Positions 61,323-64,000 of a stretch of 64,000 nucleotides of DNA are shown one piece after another. The position numbers and the translations under genes are program-made. The first letter of the stretch is position 1. Each line of letters starts with the position of its first letter. The notes below the pieces were generated by a model, which was not told the DNA's origin, made no database searches, and saw nothing but the letters and a program-made list of their open reading frames with translations. The stretch is from Stylophora pistillata (lineage: Eukaryota). Where the stretch lies: NCBI RefSeq assembly GCF_002571385.2, contig NW_019218411.1, positions 81,750 through 145,749 on the forward strand. Reading direction: 5' to 3'.

Positions 61323-64000
61323 AGCCATTCTTCGTAGATAAGTGTTCCATGCCCCGAGAATGATAAATTCACTGAGATGAGTTCCATCTGGGGTGGCTGC
61401 ATTACTTCTGAAATAAATCACCAGGTCAGAGCGTAGTTTTGTGGCACTCTGAGATGCTCTTCCATAGCGAAGTAGCTGGCCATGCATTGCATGAAACAAA
61501 TAGTTTACACCTTTGGGGGTTGAAAGCTGGCGATAAACAAGTCCTGCATTTCCCAATTCTTTGTCCAACCAGTTAATTAGAGATTCTCTGTTGTCAGAAA
61601 CTTGCTGGCAGTCTGCCATCCACTGAAAAACTTTGGGTAAATCGTTTTCAGCGCGCAAAGCTGATGCAAGATTTTTAAATCTTTAAAAATTGCAAACATT
61701 TTAAAATTTAAAATTTTTAAATTTTAAATATTTAAAATTCTCACTCACCATTTCATCTCGAGGCTCTCCGTTGAGAGTAAGGCCGGAGTGGTTGCCTCTC
61801 GACAACAATAACTGTTTTGCAAAAAGACATGTGAATACACCACAGTCGGTATCATTCTTTTGCTTGAAACATTGAGGTGTGGAATCGTCCCTATTATTTT
61901 CCTGGAAGAGAGTTCTATCCTCATCAGAAAACCACTGAAGTTCGTTTCTAATAAATCCTTCTTTGACGGTATCAAAAATTGTTCGGTACGTTGCTGTAGT
62001 GCATCTAGCGGAATCGTAAATGTAAGGGCATAAATTAAGAACACTTATGAGACCTTATAAGGTCCAGCAGCCAGTGGTTCTCAGTAGGAAGGTGTACTGG
62101 AACAAATACTTGTTCATACTCCGACAGAGTATTGTTGCCTATATGTTTGGAGTATGTAGATGTTTCGACCGGTCGATGCAATGAAAGATAAAAGTGGGAA
62201 CTTGCAAATACCCAGTTCCCTCCTCCGAATCCCAGATTATTTCTCAACACGTCGAAATACAAGTTAACTGTGTTGCCATTAAGCTTTTCCGAGGAGAATA
62301 TCTGATCGATGCAGGCTTCTAACAAACTGGTGTTGTCTGTTCTTGCTCGCTTCACTGGTTGGCCTGGGGAATCGGCTTCATGGCTCGTGCAAGTATCATT
62401 TCGTCTCCCACTGCCACTCTTTGCCTTTTGCTGTTGGTCATTTTCTTCTTCTTTTGTTACTGAGGTAACATCATCTACTTTAAACCACCTCGTTTTGCTC
62501 TTAAGTGTCACGGGATCACTGTAGCTGATAAAGTACTTGTGTATAGAATGATTAGCCTAAAGGATCAACCCTTCACAGGTGTTCTTTAGCGAGTTTTGCT
62601 TTCCCTTAACTAATATTTCTTTGAGACAGGGACTCGAATCAAAACGGTTTCTCCCTTGTAATAGAGTGAGGTGGATTTCGCCTAACTTCCGCTTTACCAT
62701 ATACTGCGAAGCCTTATTAGACGCATCCACAGCTTTCCGCGTGATAGAATTGCGTTGTTACTAGCTCTGTTATTTCTTCCGTCTTGCATTCATCCATTTC
62801 GATACCGTTGCTGTTTCCTTCTGGAACTTCGTATTCCCTTTTTCCCCCAAGAAACAGTTTATTCCAATAACTAGTGGGCTTTCTACCGAGGTACACTTCA
62901 AATGGAGAAATCTGTCCAAGAGAACGATGTGGTGATTCATTGTAGAGCTGCTGGTACTGTTGCGGATACTCCACCCAATTGAGATCGCCATTGTTGTTGT
63001 TCATGAAATCAAAATTTACTTTTTTTTTCCACGTTGTGTGAGCGCTCGTCTTTTCCTTGGGTCTGGGGACTGGCGCAGCTTTTAACTGTGCGAACGCTTA
63101 GCTTTTCACAAACAGTCTTTACTACTCCCTTAAATTCTGGACCTTGGTCGCTTTGCTTAATTTCTGGAGGGCTGCGTTCGATGTAAATGTATAAAAGGTG
63201 TTCCACCACTTCACGAGTCTCTTTTGTTTGAAGATGGTGTAAGAAGAGAAATCTACTGAAAATTTCAATAACAGACATTATGTATTTATTAGTATCACTG
63301 TCTATCGTAGACAGCATGCTACCCGCGCTTACAAGATCCCCTTGATGTCTTTCTTGTACTTTTGATGCCCTGATTGGCCGGAGAGGCGCCTTATTTTGAA
63401 AAAGGGGTCTAACATTTAGCTGCTGCTTTATTGAATTTAGACTGTGTTGGATGACTCCACGTGACAACCCACGGTAAAATTGAGACATTTGTTTGCTCAT
63501 CCCCTTTCGTTTCGTCATCTGAGAAACTTCTGACTTTTTCACCACATTGCAGTTCGTTGCCTTTTCGACTAGTTGTTTCTTCGGCTGTCCAACTGTCCGA
63601 TTATGGATTTCTTTCACGACATAGATGTCGCTTTTTAACTTCCGATAAACCCGTTGCCTTACCCCTTTGTCTACCTTTCTTAGGCCAATCGTGCAGTGAT
63701 TTCTCACCAATTAAGATGCTGTGTAGTGCATCGTAGATGTCATCGTCCAAAGGCTGATTTTTTCTTTGAGGCTAAGGGTTGGGAAAGTTTAGTCTTTTAA
63801 ATTCGCAATTTATTTTTCCTTTAAAAAAATCCACCCTTCTAGGATAATTGACGAATAGTTAGACTCTAAAGGATAACTATCCTTGGGCGGCTAGCTGAAC
63901 TCGAGGTGCAAGCCGGGTTTTACAACCCGGCGCCCATGATCGGTCCATAAATGATCTGCTGGAGTTTAAAAACTGTAACGCGGTTAAAAGTTGCGTGACC

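Larger units (their letters stand above)
59919..64000 (-). mobile_element. Decayed integrase-type (Ginger-like/KRBA2-SCAND3-like) DNA transposon encoding rve DDE integrase, Ulp1/C48 protease, OTU protease and a CxxC module; other end probably beyond the window
   Basis: 63710-63009: HQGDLVS...YIMSVIEIFSRF...QSDQGPEF...PQTQGKDERS. 63004-62717: YNESPHRSLGQISPFEVYLGRKP. 62511-61800: VFVPVHLPTENHWLL and QKNDTDCGVF. 61658-60690: TPKGVNYLFHA...YLRRMAMEGEW...LLGHEAELH. Terminus TA-CGG with ~6 GGACCGCAAATGATCCC-like repeats at 59924-60040. Many frameshifts. Confidence 0.8.

Overview
Eukaryotic, AT-rich animal DNA with GT-AG introns. The repeat families and gene content look anthozoan, probably stony coral (inferred). 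From left to right: a 5'-truncated intronless class A GPCR; an N gap followed by a young CR1-type LINE 3' part; a compact cluster at 4.8-16.4 kb; a ~15 kb repeat-strewn gene desert; two tandem 7-exon Tbx20 paralogs; a Penelope fragment with a hammerhead ribozyme; a second, inverted GPCR paralog; and a decayed integrase-type DNA transposon encoding Ulp1 and OTU protease domains. The cluster is the most interesting part. It holds a 3-exon gene for a degenerate JAB/MPN domain fused to a truncated E2/UBC-like domain. That gene is head-to-head with three intronless non-canonical E2-like genes (LPxDFP...H-x11-ICHF...WLExYE) resembling the E2/JAB components of prokaryotic ubiquitin-like conjugation systems. 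All four genes carry STAT (GAS) and IRF (ISRE-like) motifs within ~200 bp of their ATG, which suggests an immune-inducible, bacterial-style Ubl-conjugation module in an animal genome. No E1 or Ubl gene was found in the window. A Helentron relic with a 2A peptide and a herpes-type deubiquitinase domain sits inside the duplicated E2 array. Domain calls come from motif recognition by eye; no database searches were run.
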